DNA of 64,000 bases. It comes from Alphaproteobacteria bacterium (lineage in GTDB: Bacteria; Pseudomonadota; Alphaproteobacteria; Rickettsiales; UBA8987). Under the pieces are notes generated by a model. The model was not told the origin of the DNA and made no database searches. It saw only the letters and a list, made by a program, of their open reading frames with translations. The stretch spans positions 11,121 to 75,120 of the forward strand of contig JANPLD010000045.1 of NCBI GenBank assembly GCA_031426355.1, given 5' to 3'. Shown in pieces: positions 30,501 to 41,434 of this stretch. Positions within the stretch are counted from its first letter, which is position 1; each line of letters starts with the position of its first letter. A program made the position numbers and the translations under genes.

Positions 30501-31552
30501 TCCTTTCCAAAAGACTCATCTATTTTAGCTGTTCTTACGATAGATTTTTTTACTTCTTCTCTTTTGGGTGTAAGTTTTTCTGCTGCTGATTCATCACCAT
30601 TTCTTGCGGCATAGGTAAGACCTCTCAATTCCATTATACGCTGAAGAAAATCAGTTAAGGAATCATGATATAATACTCCGTATTCTTCCTTTTTTGCGAA
30701 TTCTATATCAAAATCAAGGTTTGTAATAGCTTGATATACTATGGTAGCTAAAGGAAGCGAGAAAAGTGCGGCACAGCCAACCATCAGGAAAAGTCGGTAT
30801 GAGATGGCAAATGTAAATATTACCAGAATAAGTGTGGTAATTGATATGATTGCTATTGCGAGGGCATCAAAACTCTGGTTAGTGCCGAAAAGACAGTCAG
30901 GAAAAGGAATAAAGACGGCTGCGGTCATCCCTGTATAATGCATGCCACAGATAGCGATACCCATTACTAAAGCTGCAATAATCCTCCATGTGATCTGTCC
31001 TTTCCCGCTATGTCTTCCTAGAGTGAATATTATCCAGAGTGCCGCTGCTGATGCGGTAATTGCTATGATGATTGAAAGGATAAAAAGAGAAGGGATATAA
31101 CGCATCTCTGCCCGCATTTCCATAGCTGCCATACCAGTATAATGCATGGAGCTGATACCGAAACCGAGCAATATGGCACTGATAATTATTCTTGTTATGG
31201 AAAGTTTTGCCGCCTGAATTATTTTCAATACGAAATAAGCGACACCTATGGCAATTATCATAGATAATGCGGTTAGCCACGGGTCATAATGCACTGTCAT
31301 ATTCATCTTATAGGCAAGCATCCCTATAAAATGCATTGACCATATACCGCTTCCTAGGGCAAAGGCACCAGTCCAATGGAATATACGTTTTTGTTTACTG
31401 TTAGATGCATTAATAAGCCTTGTTGCAAGAGTTAATCCTGCGTATGATCCGAAGGATGCAACAATATAAGAGGCCAGTATCAGAAGAGGGATATACATTC
31501 CCTTTTCTGAATTTAAAGGAATATTTCCCGTGATAAAAAAAGATTCAAGCAT
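27563..31552 (-). CDS. Hybrid sensor histidine kinase: MHYT, periplasmic helical sensor, GAF, HisKA, HATPase, two REC
   Basis: [24 protein letters not shown]; [15 protein letters not shown]; GGTGLGL; two receiver domains; start uncertain (31498-31606). Confidence 0.92.
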   Translation of the reverse strand: MLESFFITGNIPLNSEKGMYIPLLILASYIVASFGSYAGLTLATRLINASNSKQKRIFHWTGAFALGSGIWSMHFIGMLAYKMNMTVHYDPWLTALSMIIAIGVAYFVLKIIQAAKLSITRIIISAILLGFGISSMHYTGMAAMEMRAEMRYIPSLFILSIIIAITASAAALWIIFTLGRHSGKGQITWRIIAALVMGIAICGMHYTGMTAAVFIPFPDCLFGTNQSFDALAIAIISITTLILVIFTFAISYRLFLMVGCAALFSLPLATIVYQAITNLDFDIEFAKKEEYGVLYHDSLTDFLQRIMELRGLTYAARNGDESAAEKLTPKREEVKKSIVRTAKIDESFGKELLVSTNWKNLKNNVLLLLNKKDNHTAIEEFRHYTKTIDSLLHFMEDLADNANLSNDPQLVGDYLSTASVNITPKLMETMGRLRGITTGLLASGKQPNNWKKRDIRDLQLLYNRLIVLEGELKNALERASVANKDTLQFINYHNKMIEPKLKELLGYFDQIFFRNKKTLSSSEMFKIASDTINLYEILYDETAEMFLKLLKERMANHRLKRSLVLYSSIVALLGLIIIFIFLYRNLTKKEQAEKLALQAKKRTEKEAKIVALLRSIATTANLASNVEEAIRDIIKNLCEFMKWPVGHAYILDHEKELLRSTGIWFKENKEYYRTFREISEAKEFSKGEGLPGRVWQKHDTLWIPDVTKDPNFPRAKMALSLGVKSGLACPVIINGNVEYVFEFFSPHIDEPAQELLDIMKDAANQLVQVIEREQSKDNLKKMKTIAESANQAKSDFLASMSHEIRTPMNGILGMTNLLLDTELNKEQQGWASIVRKSSENLLDIINDILDFSKIEAGELKLDNINFSLSSVIDDVMDMLLLKSKEKEIELLVDYSPDIPEYYIGDPGRLRQIILNLAGNAIKFTSKGHVLLRVRSERKENKIRLFFEIEDTGIGIPEDKLEYIFNKFAQAEESTTRKFGGTGLGLSISKKLVEMMNGNIGVRSAINQGSAFYLDITLEKGEAQEITSIPEVDFSKIRIAAVDDYKPNREILTNLFTNLKTNFDIFAEGEEVWNALQKAASDGKPYDVAIIDYELSDMNGSKLAELIASQEWAKNLIMILFTSTLSSEKYRSYSDMEKAGFKGFLLKPLQPVHLKDMISLLVDSRKNNCKIRFLTRQHIEDIRRNNKRSNITKNNTDIDYSRYRILVVEDMKVNLMLIMNFLKTLGCRADSAANGIEAIDMFNKFNYDLILMDCQMPEMDGFEATEKIRQIEENRGNKKHIPIIAITADAMQGDKEKCLKSAMDDYLNKPVKKENVIEKINYWLTKTEMT

Positions 31553-31655
31553 ATAGTTATATTGCTGACGATGCGAATTAATAGCAATAATTATTCTTAT
31601 ATTCAATTATTAGTTGAAGTTTGGTAAATTATTATTTATTAGCAGGACACTTAAT

Positions 31656-32090
31656 ATGGTTGAATTAAAAGAAATAGACATAAACGCTTTTAAAAAAGCT
31701 ACCGCAAACAGGAACAGAAGAAATAATCTGCTTATCCTGATTGTGGAAGATCAAAGATTTTCAAGGATCCTGTTAAGGAGCTACCTTTCAAAGGAATACG
31801 AAGTGATAGAGGCTTCGGATGGTGAACAGGGACTTGTTGAATATATGACAAGATCACCCGACATAGTTTTTCTTGATATTGAGCTTCCAAAAGTAAATGG
31901 CCATAAAGTTGCGGAGCTTATTTCAAAGCTGGATAAGGATTCATTCATAATCATGGTTACTGCCAATAATCACACTTCAGACGTTATGAAGGCGAAAGAA
32001 AATAATGTGAAGGGATTTATAGTAAAACCATATACCAAGGCCAAAATTAATGAGGCGGTGGAGATATTTTTAAAGCAACATTTGAAATAA
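31656..32090 (+). CDS. Single-domain response regulator (CheY-like)
   Basis: ILIVED, FLDIELP, MVT, FIVKP; AGGAC before ATG 31656. Confidence 0.88.
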   Translation: MVELKEIDINAFKKATANRNRRNNLLILIVEDQRFSRILLRSYLSKEYEVIEASDGEQGLVEYMTRSPDIVFLDIELPKVNGHKVAELISKLDKDSFIIMVTANNHTSDVMKAKENNVKGFIVKPYTKAKINEAVEIFLKQHLK

Positions 32091-32095
32091 ATATC

Positions 32096-32419
32096 ATGAC
32101 AATTGACCTGACAAATCTAAGGGGTATGACTGGCGGTGATAAAGAGCTTGAAAAAGAGCTTTTTAAGGAGTTCGTATTGTCCGGAGATAAACTGATCGCA
32201 GAACTAAAAAAGAGTTTAGCCGATAATTATAATGAATCATGGTGTACGGTTTCTCACGGGTTTAAAGGAATAGCACTTAATCTTGGAGCTGAAAACCTTA
32301 GTGAGTTATGCAAGAAAGCACAAATGAATGATTCTCCCACCAATGCGGATAAACAAAGTCTGCTTACGCAAATAGAATTAGAATATAATAAAGTGAAAGA
32401 ATTGCTTGGTAGTTTATAA
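32096..32419 (+). CDS. Hpt phosphotransfer protein
   Basis: SHGFKGIALNLGAENLSELC Hpt motif. Confidence 0.88.
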   Translation: MTIDLTNLRGMTGGDKELEKELFKEFVLSGDKLIAELKKSLADNYNESWCTVSHGFKGIALNLGAENLSELCKKAQMNDSPTNADKQSLLTQIELEYNKVKELLGSL

Positions 32420-32460
32420 AGATAACAACTTTAAGCTTTGCAATAAAGTTTAGAGTCGTA

Positions 32461-32479
32461 ACCTACTAACGCCTTACTT
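32461..32479. repeat. Orphan degenerate CCTTACTA arm pair
   Basis: ACCTACTAACGCCTTACTT followed by TTTCTCATACTCT, like 24640-24670. Confidence 0.55.
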
Positions 32480-32534
32480 TTTCTCATACTCTTCCTTTTT
32501 ATAAGAATATATGGTATAATGTATTGCGAATGTT

Positions 32535-32816
32535 TTGGCAGCCATTAGGTCTGGGTCATTCAGTACAATATATGCGCAATCTATGTGCAAGGAATTTGTT
32601 AAAAGATCATTACATGATCCTGAATCAGCGGATTTTGAATCTAGTAAAACTTATCCTGTTACCGAGGAAGCAGGAGGAATATTCACAGTCGAGGTTTCAG
32701 TAAGAGCTAGAAATGCCTTTAATGCAATGAGGAATACCATAGTTTCTTGCAAAGCAAAAAGGGAAGAAAGCGGGTGGACATTACTTAATCTTGAAAACCT
32801 AAATAATGAAAAATGA
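32535..32816 (+). CDS. Hypothetical protein, possibly fragment of a mobile-element gene
   Basis: CKEFVKRSLHDPESADF...VRARNAFNA; TTG start; overlaps the next gene. Confidence 0.45.
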   Translation: MAAIRSGSFSTIYAQSMCKEFVKRSLHDPESADFESSKTYPVTEEAGGIFTVEVSVRARNAFNAMRNTIVSCKAKREESGWTLLNLENLNNEK

Positions 32817-33033
32817 CCTGAAGAAAATTATTGGTAAAAGGATTCAGACTTTCCGAAAACAACTAGGAATGACCCAAGAAGAACTAGCGGAAAAGATAGA
32901 TAAAACCGTTGAAACCGTTTCCAATATAAAAAGAGGATTAAAATTGCCGGGTCTGCTGACTTTAGAAGAGATAAGAAAAGCCTTGAAGGTCAATCTTAGT
33001 GAGCTTGTAGATATAAATACCGATAAAAAGTAA
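32806..33033 (+). CDS. XRE-family HTH regulator
   Basis: IGKRIQTFRKQLGMTQEELAEKID...VSNIKRG. Confidence 0.88.
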   Translation: MKNDLKKIIGKRIQTFRKQLGMTQEELAEKIDKTVETVSNIKRGLKLPGLLTLEEIRKALKVNLSELVDINTDKK

Positions 33034-33100
33034 GACTAAATTATATTAAGACTTTAAAAATCCATTTTTTCGCATATAAACAGCGTGAGTTATACCTAAT

Positions 33101-33177
<77 letters not shown>

Positions 33178-33420
33178 TTAAATTAACTCTGGTTGTTTTT
33201 TATATTGAGCTTTTTTATCTAAATTAGATTTCAGTGCGTCACTATATATTTGCTCTGCATTATAAGGCATAAGTAAATCTTTGTTTATTATATCTTCTAA
33301 ATCTTCCTTCGTTATAACCAGAATTCCATGCTTCTCAGCATCTTCTACCTCTGTTTTAACTGCCCCTTTAGATTTTAAAGTAATAATGATAGGCAAAACA
33401 TTGTATTGATTTACATAAAG
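33178..33420 (-). pseudogene. C-terminal fragment of an unrelated (possibly nuclease-like) protein; stop abuts the tRNA CCA
   Basis: LYVNQYNVLPIIITLKSKGAVKTEVEDAEKHGILVITKEDLE, in a different frame from the TIR ORF. Confidence 0.45.
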
Positions 33421-33928
33421 CGAAACCAATTTCTTGTTGCGTCCAAACACTCTCTGAAAAGCCTTGAGTATGTATAGTAATCATTGCATCCATAGTATGC
33501 AGAGCTTTTTCTATTTCGTTTTGCCACTCTCTTGAGGGATTAATGTCTTCGTGTGCAACAAAACCAGATATATAATATGTGGCTAAAGTTTCTTTTAATC
33601 TAACTGCTTTATCTTTATGAATAGCTAAATGGCTTATAAACAAGCGAAAGTTTTTAGATTCTTGCCATATCTCCGGAGGATTAATGCCCTTAATTTCGGA
33701 AGAAAATGTATCTATTTCTAGCTCATTTGCTATAGATAAAAGCTTATTATTATTAGCATTTTTTAATGCTTCTTTAGAATATACCCATTTACTATTATAA
33801 CTTAACGGCCCACTTGGTGTAGTTAAACCAAAACTTTCTAGGAATATATCTATATCACTATAACCATAACGTGCTTGCAATTCACGACCTATTCTATCAA
33901 TTAATTTTAATCTTTGGCTTACCTTCAT
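33368..33928 (-). pseudogene. TIR-domain protein, C-terminally truncated or chimeric
   Basis: FRLFISH, GFVAHEDINPSREWQNEIEKAL, SVWTQQEIGFAL (catalytic Glu); TIR-like sequence ends at ~33420. Confidence 0.78.
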
Positions 33929-33991
33929 AAAAGCATCTAATTACAACCCCGAGTATATAAGAAAACTTTTTATAGTCTAATTAAGTTATAA

Positions 33992-34130
33992 AAGTAAGGC
34001 CTTAGTAAGGCTGCGGTTTAAAAAGGTGCTGGCCTTGTATAAAAAAAGATTTGGAGATTTTTCGGTTTAACTCCGTTTAGAGCTAGAGTTTAAAAAGGCC
34101 ATATAAGCTTTTAAAATCAGAGGCTTGGTT
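33992..34130. repeat. Arm W copy; AGTAAGG pair within 33992-34010
   Basis: Inverted homolog of 27360-27499. Confidence 0.92.
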
Positions 34131-34175
34131 TTCCTAAACCGTAGGCCGGATGTTCGAATCATCTCGTTCCCACCA
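34131..34175 (+). mobile_element. Site F: 3' half of tRNA-Arg(CCU), CGTTCCC allele (attR-like)
   Basis: TTCCTAAACCGTAGGCCGGATGTTCGAATCATCTCGTTCCCACCA. Confidence 0.92.
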
Positions 34176-34195
34176 TTATGATTTTTAAAATAGTA

Positions 34196-35401
34196 TTAAT
34201 TCCTCTGTTTTCCAGGAGTTTTAAGTTTTTCAGCTTCTTTTTGAGCTTGTTCTATTACGTCCGCTTCATATCTGGCCTTTAAAGGAGCAACATCAAGAAA
34301 ATAAAAGATTATATTTTTTTCAATAGAAGCAATTGTCGGTTTATAACCCGATTCCATTGCTACTTTAAACGCGCTAAATTTGAATTGCTCTTGCTCTTCG
34401 CTATTGAATGGTAGTTTTAGTGCTTCTCCTAAATAATATTCTGCTGTTTTGGCACATGCATTTATATGATATGTTAATGGCAAAGTAATTTTATCATCAT
34501 TGAATGCGATAGAGATTCTTCCTGCGGTAATACAATCATAAGGAAATCCGCCTTCAGTGATTTTTCCACCCACCTCTTGGTCTATCATCATAACAGCTAC
34601 CATTGAGTTGTTATCTGCTATTTTAGATTTATATTTCTTGTATGGCTCAGGAAGACTTATGGAATGGTTTGTTGTTTCAATATTTGTGTTACCAAATACT
34701 ATTCCAACATGTACAGGAAGATTCTTTGCATCCATATAGAATTTAAAATTCAGCTTATCACTTGGAAATAGGTCGTTTCCATTTTTATCCTGCGCCTGTA
34801 TAAGAAGCCCTGCATATAAAGAGGCCATAGTATTACAATCAGCAGCTCCTTTATTTTTTTGAGTAGGGTCAGATATACCTTTGTAAAAAGCCGGGTTATT
34901 TGCCACGGTTCTGGTGTGCTCAGACATAAATAAATTTGCTGCAAATAATGATTCCTTCTGCTCTTGGCTTAAACCTTCTAAGCCTTTTCCTGCACTAATT
35001 TTCCATTGGCCATATGATGATTCCTGCTGACCAAATTTTATTTTCTTTTTAGTGTATGTTGCAGGGTCATTACGAACCAAGTTATATTCATCAACCATCT
35101 TATCCCAGTTATCGTAAAAATTTTTTCTTTCTTCAGGAGTATCTAAATTTTCAAAGCCTTTATATTTCCCAGAGTTATAAATTAAAATAGGTACTAACCC
35201 ACCTTCTTTAATAAGGTCACTAACTGCATTCCTGTAATTTAAAAGATCAGCCTTAGTGCCAGACTTAAGATATTCTAAAGCTTGCTCATATTTTTCCTCA
35301 AAATTCTCCGGTGTCTTTAAGATTCTGTTCGTATTAAAAGAAATATCTTGCAAAAGTTCTGGATTTTTCTTTAACAACTCTTGAATTATTTCTTTAGACA
35401 T
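34196..35401 (-). CDS. Hypothetical protein with transglutaminase-like Cys-His core
   Basis: KGAADCNTMASLYAGLL ... PVHVGIVFG...NIETT. Confidence 0.55.
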   Translation of the reverse strand: MSKEIIQELLKKNPELLQDISFNTNRILKTPENFEEKYEQALEYLKSGTKADLLNYRNAVSDLIKEGGLVPILIYNSGKYKGFENLDTPEERKNFYDNWDKMVDEYNLVRNDPATYTKKKIKFGQQESSYGQWKISAGKGLEGLSQEQKESLFAANLFMSEHTRTVANNPAFYKGISDPTQKNKGAADCNTMASLYAGLLIQAQDKNGNDLFPSDKLNFKFYMDAKNLPVHVGIVFGNTNIETTNHSISLPEPYKKYKSKIADNNSMVAVMMIDQEVGGKITEGGFPYDCITAGRISIAFNDDKITLPLTYHINACAKTAEYYLGEALKLPFNSEEQEQFKFSAFKVAMESGYKPTIASIEKNIIFYFLDVAPLKARYEADVIEQAQKEAEKLKTPGKQRN

Positions 35402-35456
35402 AATTTCTGCTTATTCTGATTGGTTTATTACTGCACTATAATGTAACACAAAATCA

Positions 35457-35471
35457 TTAAGAAACTATTAA
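35457..35471. promoter_or_regulatory. CtrA-type box TTAA-N7-TTAA
   Basis: TTAAgaaactaTTAA upstream of the 401 aa ORF. Confidence 0.4.
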
Positions 35472-35526
35472 GATTAACAAAATAATAGGGATAAAGTATG
35501 ATTTTAAATACCGGAAATACACTATA

Positions 35527-35642
35527 AAAGTTACTATAGAGTTACTAATCAAAAAATTGCCTGATTTTGCGATGATGAGATAAGGAATAAGCCCTTATAA
35601 TGATTGAATAATCTAAAAATCTGAACTTTTTGGACTCACTGA
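35527..35642 (-). repeat. Arm X copy; GTTACTA at 35530 and 35541
   Basis: Inverted homolog of 20133-20249. Confidence 0.9.
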
Positions 35643-35681
<39 letters not shown>

Positions 35682-35738
35682 AATAGATTTGGATTCGGAA
35701 AATATACTAAACTTTTAAAAATGCAATTCTTTAGAAAA

Positions 35739-35830
35739 CCTTACTATAGCCTTACTTTTGGGTTTTCTGTATTGGATTTAAGGCAGAATAATCAGTAAAT
35801 ACAAATTGTTATAAAATTTCAACCCACTTA
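35739..35830 (-). repeat. Arm Z; CCTTACT at 35739 and 35750
   Basis: CCTTACTATAGCCTTACTT. Confidence 0.75.
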
Positions 35831-35869
35831 TTAGGAAACCGCCACTCTATCCAGCTGAGCTACGCCCCG
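35831..35869 (-). mobile_element. Site H: 5' half of tRNA-Arg(CCU), CGGGGCG allele, next to core gene gpsA
   Basis: Minus strand CGGGGCGTAGCTCAGCTGGATAGAGTGGCGGTTTCCTAA. Confidence 0.9.
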
Positions 35870-35965
35870 GACAGGCCACCTAACTATATTAAAAATAAAT
35901 CTTTTGCAACATCCGCATTATGAGGTAAATTACATATATAAAAATTAATTTAATTTTCCAAATAT

Positions 35966-36931
35966 ATGCCGAAGATTTCAGTGATAGGGGCTGGTGCCTG
36001 GGGAACAGCTTTAGCAAGGGTTGCTGCTGATAAGAATGGCGCGGTTACTATATTTGCCCGCGAAAAAGAGGTTGTTGAATCAATCAATTCAGTGCATGAA
36101 AACAGGATATTTTTACCTGATATAAAGCTTTCCTCATCAATCAAGGCGACAGGTAATATAGAAGATATAGCAGATTCTGATTTTATCCTGAATGTAACTC
36201 CTTCACAGTTTTTGCGTAGCCAATTAGCTGATCTGGTAAAGGAAAATAAAGGTCTGAAAGCCCACTTTATTATATGCAGCAAAGGAATTGAGAATGGTAC
36301 TTTAAAACTTATGAGTGAAGTTTATGAGGAAGTTACCGGTTCGAATAATTACTCTATTTTAAGCGGCCCATCATTTGCAGAAGAAGTTGCAGAGAAACAT
36401 TATACAACAGTAAGTGTTGCAGCAAAAGAGGAAAGCATTGCCAAAAAAGTAAAGGATATAATGGAACTTCCTGATTTTAAAGTTTCCATGAACCGTGATG
36501 TTGTAGGAACCCAGCTTTGCGGCTCCCTTAAAAATGTGATAGCTATAGCTTGCGGAGTAGTAAAAGGCCTCGGATATGGTGAGAATACGAAGGCTGCCAC
36601 TATTACTCAGGGTGCAAAAGAGATAGCAACACTAGCGCTATTCTTAGGTGGCAAACGTAAAACCATGCTTGAACCATGCGGTATTGGAGATCTGGTTTTA
36701 ACCTGTAATAGTGAAAAATCCCGTAACTTTTCTTTCGGGTTTGGGCTAGGACAGGGTAAAACCCCCGGTGAGCTTACTGCAGGAAAGCCTCAGGTAGTTG
36801 AAGGCGTTGCAACTGCAAGGTCAGTCTATGATATTTGCAGGCAGAGGAATATAGACCTTACATTATGCAATATGATCTATAAGGTTGTAAACGGCATAGC
36901 AGAGCCAAAAGAGATACTGAAACTGATTTGA
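35966..36931 (+). CDS. gpsA: NAD(P)H-dependent glycerol-3-phosphate dehydrogenase
   Basis: GAGAWGTALA, SKGIE, LSGPSFA, LKNVIAIACG, GIGDLVLTC. Confidence 0.95.
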   Translation: MPKISVIGAGAWGTALARVAADKNGAVTIFAREKEVVESINSVHENRIFLPDIKLSSSIKATGNIEDIADSDFILNVTPSQFLRSQLADLVKENKGLKAHFIICSKGIENGTLKLMSEVYEEVTGSNNYSILSGPSFAEEVAEKHYTTVSVAAKEESIAKKVKDIMELPDFKVSMNRDVVGTQLCGSLKNVIAIACGVVKGLGYGENTKAATITQGAKEIATLALFLGGKRKTMLEPCGIGDLVLTCNSEKSRNFSFGFGLGQGKTPGELTAGKPQVVEGVATARSVYDICRQRNIDLTLCNMIYKVVNGIAEPKEILKLI

Positions 36932-36987
36932 AACTTGCAGTTTTTCAGTTTTTCCCTAAAAACATTTAAACAAATTATTTATAAGAA

Positions 36988-38061
36988 GTGATCCTTCCAC
37001 CATCAACCATAGGTATCTTAGGCGGCGGCCAGCTTGGAAGAATGCTAGCCATGTCTGCTGCCAATATGGGTTATAAAACCCTTTGCCTAACTCCGCAAAA
37101 TAGTGAGCCAGCCCCGGCAGAGCAAGTTTGTAATGAAATTATCTATGCTGATTATACTGATGAATCCGCGCTTAAAGATTTTGCGAATAAATGTGATTTA
37201 GTAACTTTTGAGTTTGAGAATATTCCTGCAAAATCTCTGGAATTTTTAGAAAAATTGAAGCATGTCCATCCCTCATCAAAAGCAATTTACAATACTCAAA
37301 ACAGGTCAAGGGAGAGAAATTTTTTAAAGGATAACAATTTTCCTACTCACAGGTTCAGGCAATGCAATTCTGCGGAAGATATTAAATCTGCCCTTGATGA
37401 TTTTAAGATAGAAAAAGCAATACTCAAAACTACTGACTATGGCTATGACGGCAAAGGTCAGGTTAAAATAAATAAAAACGAAAATATTGAAGAAGCTTGG
37501 AAAAATTCAAAATTCTCTTCTGCAATCTTAGAAGAATTTGTAGATTTTGATTTTGAGGTATCAGTTATCCTTGCTCGCAGGCAAAACGGTGAAACGGAAA
37601 TATTTCCGATAGGTAGGAATATTCATGAAAGCGGTATATTAAGGTCTTCAGAAATTCCAATAACTCTTTCTGATAAAACAAGTGATAAGGCAATTGAGGT
37701 TGCTAATTCTATTGCGGAGAAATTAGGATATATTGGTGTTATGGCCGTGGAATTTTTTGTTCTTAAAGGTGGCGATATATATGTGAATGAGATAGCGCCG
37801 CGCGTACACAATTCAGGCCACTGGACCATGGATGGTTGCAATGTCAGCCAATTTGACCAGCATATCAGGGCAATTTGCGATTTGCCGCTTATCAAGCCGA
37901 GAGTAATTTATCCTCATATAAGAATGGAAAATATTATAGGAGAGGATATTCAAAAGCTTAGCTATTACTATTCTAGGTTGGACACGAAAGTTCATTTATA
38001 CGGTAAAAGGGAGATTAAGAGCGGGAGAAAGCTCGGCCACGTGAATTTTATCTCTGTTTAG
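36988..38061 (+). CDS. purK: N5-carboxyaminoimidazole ribonucleotide synthase
   Basis: GILGGGQLGRM, TFEFEN, GYDGKGQ, NEIAPRVHNSGHWT, RKLGHVN. Confidence 0.95.
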   Translation: MILPPSTIGILGGGQLGRMLAMSAANMGYKTLCLTPQNSEPAPAEQVCNEIIYADYTDESALKDFANKCDLVTFEFENIPAKSLEFLEKLKHVHPSSKAIYNTQNRSRERNFLKDNNFPTHRFRQCNSAEDIKSALDDFKIEKAILKTTDYGYDGKGQVKINKNENIEEAWKNSKFSSAILEEFVDFDFEVSVILARRQNGETEIFPIGRNIHESGILRSSEIPITLSDKTSDKAIEVANSIAEKLGYIGVMAVEFFVLKGGDIYVNEIAPRVHNSGHWTMDGCNVSQFDQHIRAICDLPLIKPRVIYPHIRMENIIGEDIQKLSYYYSRLDTKVHLYGKREIKSGRKLGHVNFISV

Positions 38062-38128
38062 CCTATATTGGTTGACTTTCCTGCATATATCGCTAGAAGC
38101 CTGCTTCAAACCCAGAATAATCAGAAAA

Positions 38129-39958
38129 ATGACAGAACTCCGAAATGTAGCGATTATCGCTCACGTAGATCACGGCAAAACTACTTTAATTGATAATATC
38201 CTTAAGCAATCCGGTACTTTCCGTGAGAATCAGCAGGTTGACGAAAGAGTCATGGATTCAAACGACCTTGAAAAAGAGCGTGGTATTACGATTCTCGCAA
38301 AATGTACTTCTATCAATTGGCACGATACACGTATCAATATCGTTGATACTCCAGGCCACGCGGATTTCGGTGGTGAAGTTGAGCGCGTACTTTCAATGGT
38401 GAACTCAGTTATCCTCCTTGTGGATGCTGCAGAAGGCCCGATGCCACAAACTAAATTCGTACTTTATAAAGCCCTTAAACAAGGTTTGAAACCTATAGTT
38501 ATTATTAATAAGGTTGATAGACCTGATGCTAGATGTGATGAAGTTATTGATGAGGTTTTTGACCTATTCGTTGCGCTTGACGCATCTTCTGAGCAGCTTG
38601 ATTTCCCTATACTTTACGCTTCTGGCCGTGATGGCTGGTGCGCGAAAGAGCTTACTGACCCACGCGAAAATTTAAGCCCATTACTTGACCTTATAATGGA
38701 ACACGTTCCAGCTCAAACGCTTGATACTGAAGCTCCGTTCTCAATGCTTGTAACGCTTCTGAAGCATGATCCGTTCATGGGTCGTGTTCTTATCGGTAAA
38801 ATTTACGCTGGTAAAGTTAAGGCAGGAACAAGCGTTAAATCACTTAACCTTAAAGGTGAAGTTACAGAAAACGGTAGGATAACAAAACTTTTTGGTTTCC
38901 GTGGAATAGAAATGGTGTCTGTAGAAGAAGCTTCAGCTGGTGATATTGTTGGTATTGCAGGAATGCTTAAAACTTCCGTATCAGATAGTATTTGCGATTT
39001 AACGGTTACTCAGGCTAACCCATCAACTCCTATCGATCCACCGACGATCTCTATAACATTAAGCGTGAATGATTCACCTTATTGCGGCCAGGATGGTACG
39101 AAAGTTACTTCAAACATGATCCGTGAAAGATTAATGTCTGAATCTGAGCAGAACATTGCTATCACAGTTAAGGAAACTGATGGTAAAGATGCATTCGAAG
39201 TCGGCGGAAGAGGTGAATTGCAACTTGGTGTTCTTATTGAGAATATGCGCCGTGAAGGTTTTGAGCTTTCAGTTGCCCGACCTAAAGTTCTTATGAGAAA
39301 GAATGAAGCCGGCGAAACAGTAGAACCTATTGAAGAAGTTCTTATCGACGTTGATGATGAATATTCAGGTATCGTCATCGAAAAATTATCACTCAGGAAA
39401 GCAGAGCTTAAAGATATGCGTTCAACGGGTGGTGGAAAAACACGTATCATTTTCCATGCTCCTTCACGTGGTTTGATTGGTTATCAAGGCCAGTTCTTAA
39501 CTGATACCAAAGGTACTGGTATCATGAACAGGGTGTTTAATTCATTCGCTCCACATAAAGGTGATATTTCTGCGAAAAGAAATGGCGCGCTTATTTCAAA
39601 TGATACTGGTTCAGCAGTTGCATACGCAATATTTAACCTGCAAGATCGTGGAACAATGTTTATAGGCCATCAGGATAAAGTATATAAAGGGATGATAGTT
39701 GGTGAGAATAGCCGTGATAACGACCTCGAAATAAACGTTATAAGAGGTAAACAGCTTACTAACGTTAGGTCTACCGGCGCTGATGAGATGATCAGGCTTA
39801 CCCCGGCTAAAAAGATGACTTTAGAGCAAATGATATCTTATATTGATGATGATGAGCTTGTAGAAGTTACGCCAAAATCACTTCGCCTACGTAAAAAACT
39901 CCTCGATTCCAGCGATAGAAAACGCGCTGAAAGAGGCTCTAAATCTGCTGAAGGTTGA
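38129..39958 (+). CDS. typA: Translational GTPase TypA/BipA
   Basis: [37 protein letters not shown]; start at MTELR. Confidence 0.97.
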   Translation: MTELRNVAIIAHVDHGKTTLIDNILKQSGTFRENQQVDERVMDSNDLEKERGITILAKCTSINWHDTRINIVDTPGHADFGGEVERVLSMVNSVILLVDAAEGPMPQTKFVLYKALKQGLKPIVIINKVDRPDARCDEVIDEVFDLFVALDASSEQLDFPILYASGRDGWCAKELTDPRENLSPLLDLIMEHVPAQTLDTEAPFSMLVTLLKHDPFMGRVLIGKIYAGKVKAGTSVKSLNLKGEVTENGRITKLFGFRGIEMVSVEEASAGDIVGIAGMLKTSVSDSICDLTVTQANPSTPIDPPTISITLSVNDSPYCGQDGTKVTSNMIRERLMSESEQNIAITVKETDGKDAFEVGGRGELQLGVLIENMRREGFELSVARPKVLMRKNEAGETVEPIEEVLIDVDDEYSGIVIEKLSLRKAELKDMRSTGGGKTRIIFHAPSRGLIGYQGQFLTDTKGTGIMNRVFNSFAPHKGDISAKRNGALISNDTGSAVAYAIFNLQDRGTMFIGHQDKVYKGMIVGENSRDNDLEINVIRGKQLTNVRSTGADEMIRLTPAKKMTLEQMISYIDDDELVEVTPKSLRLRKKLLDSSDRKRAERGSKSAEG

Positions 39959-39964
39959 TAATAT

Positions 39965-40708
39965 ATGTCTGCCCATGATATCCTGATACTTTTTCTTTCA
40001 GGCATCATGGGCGGCGCAGTTAACGCCATCGCAGGTGGCGGTACTTTCTTCACATTCCCCGCTTTTATGTCAGTTGGTTTGCCCGCAATTGTCGCAAACG
40101 CAACTAACTCACTCTCCATATTTCCCGGCCATGCAGCAGGGGTTTTGCCATATTTAAAAAAGCTTAAAAATAATTATAAGCATATACTGAAATTATTCTC
40201 GGCAGCTTTCCTTGGTGGCTTAACTGGAAGCATCCTTTTGATATATACCAGTGAAACAATATTTCGCTCTCTTGTTCCCTGGCTTATTGGCGCCGCAACA
40301 ATAATTTTTGCACTTGCACCTTACGTAAAAAAACTCCCGCATTTAAAAAATGCAGAAAATAATTTTCCGTTATTCTGGATATCAATTTTTATAATTACTA
40401 TTTACGGCGGTTATTTTGGTGCAGGGCAGGGAGTTATACTTCTTGCAGTGTTATCGTTACTGAGTTCTGAGCCTCTTAACATAATAAACATGCAGAAGAA
40501 TCTTTATGCTGTAATTGCCAATTCTTCAGCGCTAATAATGTTTGTGTTTTCCAATATGATATCATGGAATCACGGCCTTGTTGTAATGGCTGGAGCTATA
40601 CTTGGTGGATATATTGGCGGAAGATTATCGCACAAAATTCCTGCTAATTATTTACGTGTGGTAATTATTATAGTTGGCACATTACTTACCATTAAATATG
40701 CTTATTAA
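39965..40708 (+). CDS. TauE/SafE family membrane transporter
   Basis: NAIAGGGTFFTFP, YGGYFGAGQG; multiple TM segments. Confidence 0.9.
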   Translation: MSAHDILILFLSGIMGGAVNAIAGGGTFFTFPAFMSVGLPAIVANATNSLSIFPGHAAGVLPYLKKLKNNYKHILKLFSAAFLGGLTGSILLIYTSETIFRSLVPWLIGAATIIFALAPYVKKLPHLKNAENNFPLFWISIFIITIYGGYFGAGQGVILLAVLSLLSSEPLNIINMQKNLYAVIANSSALIMFVFSNMISWNHGLVVMAGAILGGYIGGRLSHKIPANYLRVVIIIVGTLLTIKYAY

Positions 40709-40814
40709 GTAACAGATAATATTAAACAAAATTTATCCAACTCAATTTTTTGTGATTAAATTTCCTTAAAGTTATTTGAATATTAAAGTAAGAAGACAAT
40801 ATAAAAATATCTAT

Positions 40815-41330
40815 ATGTCCCGCTTCTTAATTATTACTTTAACTATTTTAATATCTTCCTGCTCTTATCTTTCTGGGCCGCAAATTACAAAAAATAAAAG
40901 CGTAGAGATATTTGATTCATCAAATTCTAAGCCTGTGATGAGTAGTAATATCTCTAAACTGGATGATGAAGAAAAGGCTGCGCTGGCATATCTCTCTGCC
41001 CAGATAAATACCGAATGTAAAAATGGCTCATGTGAACTCACTAAAGCTCTCGGTTTTGAAAAGCAATGCGGCAAGGAGCATATCGCCTTTATAAAAGAAT
41101 ATTTTGACGATTTCAGAAAGTCGGACTGTAATTATATGCCTGATGATTCTGTTTCATATACATGGTATAATGAAATAAAATTCAATAGGTTGGGAGAGTA
41201 TATGAGTTTTGAGAATCAGATATCATGGGTTGTAGATGGTAAGGAATCCAGCGAAAAAGAGATCAGGAAATTTGAGATAGCTGATGGCAAAGTTTCCGAG
41301 CAGAAATTACTGTCCAATTATCAGTATTAA
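40815..41330 (+). CDS. Hypothetical lipoprotein
   Basis: Lipobox ISSC after MSRFLII... Confidence 0.65.
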   Translation: MSRFLIITLTILISSCSYLSGPQITKNKSVEIFDSSNSKPVMSSNISKLDDEEKAALAYLSAQINTECKNGSCELTKALGFEKQCGKEHIAFIKEYFDDFRKSDCNYMPDDSVSYTWYNEIKFNRLGEYMSFENQISWVVDGKESSEKEIRKFEIADGKVSEQKLLSNYQY

Positions 41331-41434
41331 ATCTCTTATTAAAATCAAAGGGATAAAAAATAGTTTTTATAGGGGTTTATTTCCAGTCAAAATTTGGTTA
41401 TAAGCACTCACGAAAATCTGCCATAAAAAATCAT

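Noticed and set aside
35950-36282. Antisense and alternative-frame ORFs over gpsA, typA, RND genes, czcA-like gene, ftsY and the kinase
   Set aside because: Shadow ORFs of well-conserved genes with no motifs
36988-38061. purK without adjacent purE
   Set aside because: Gene order varies and purE may be elsewhere; cannot be judged from this window
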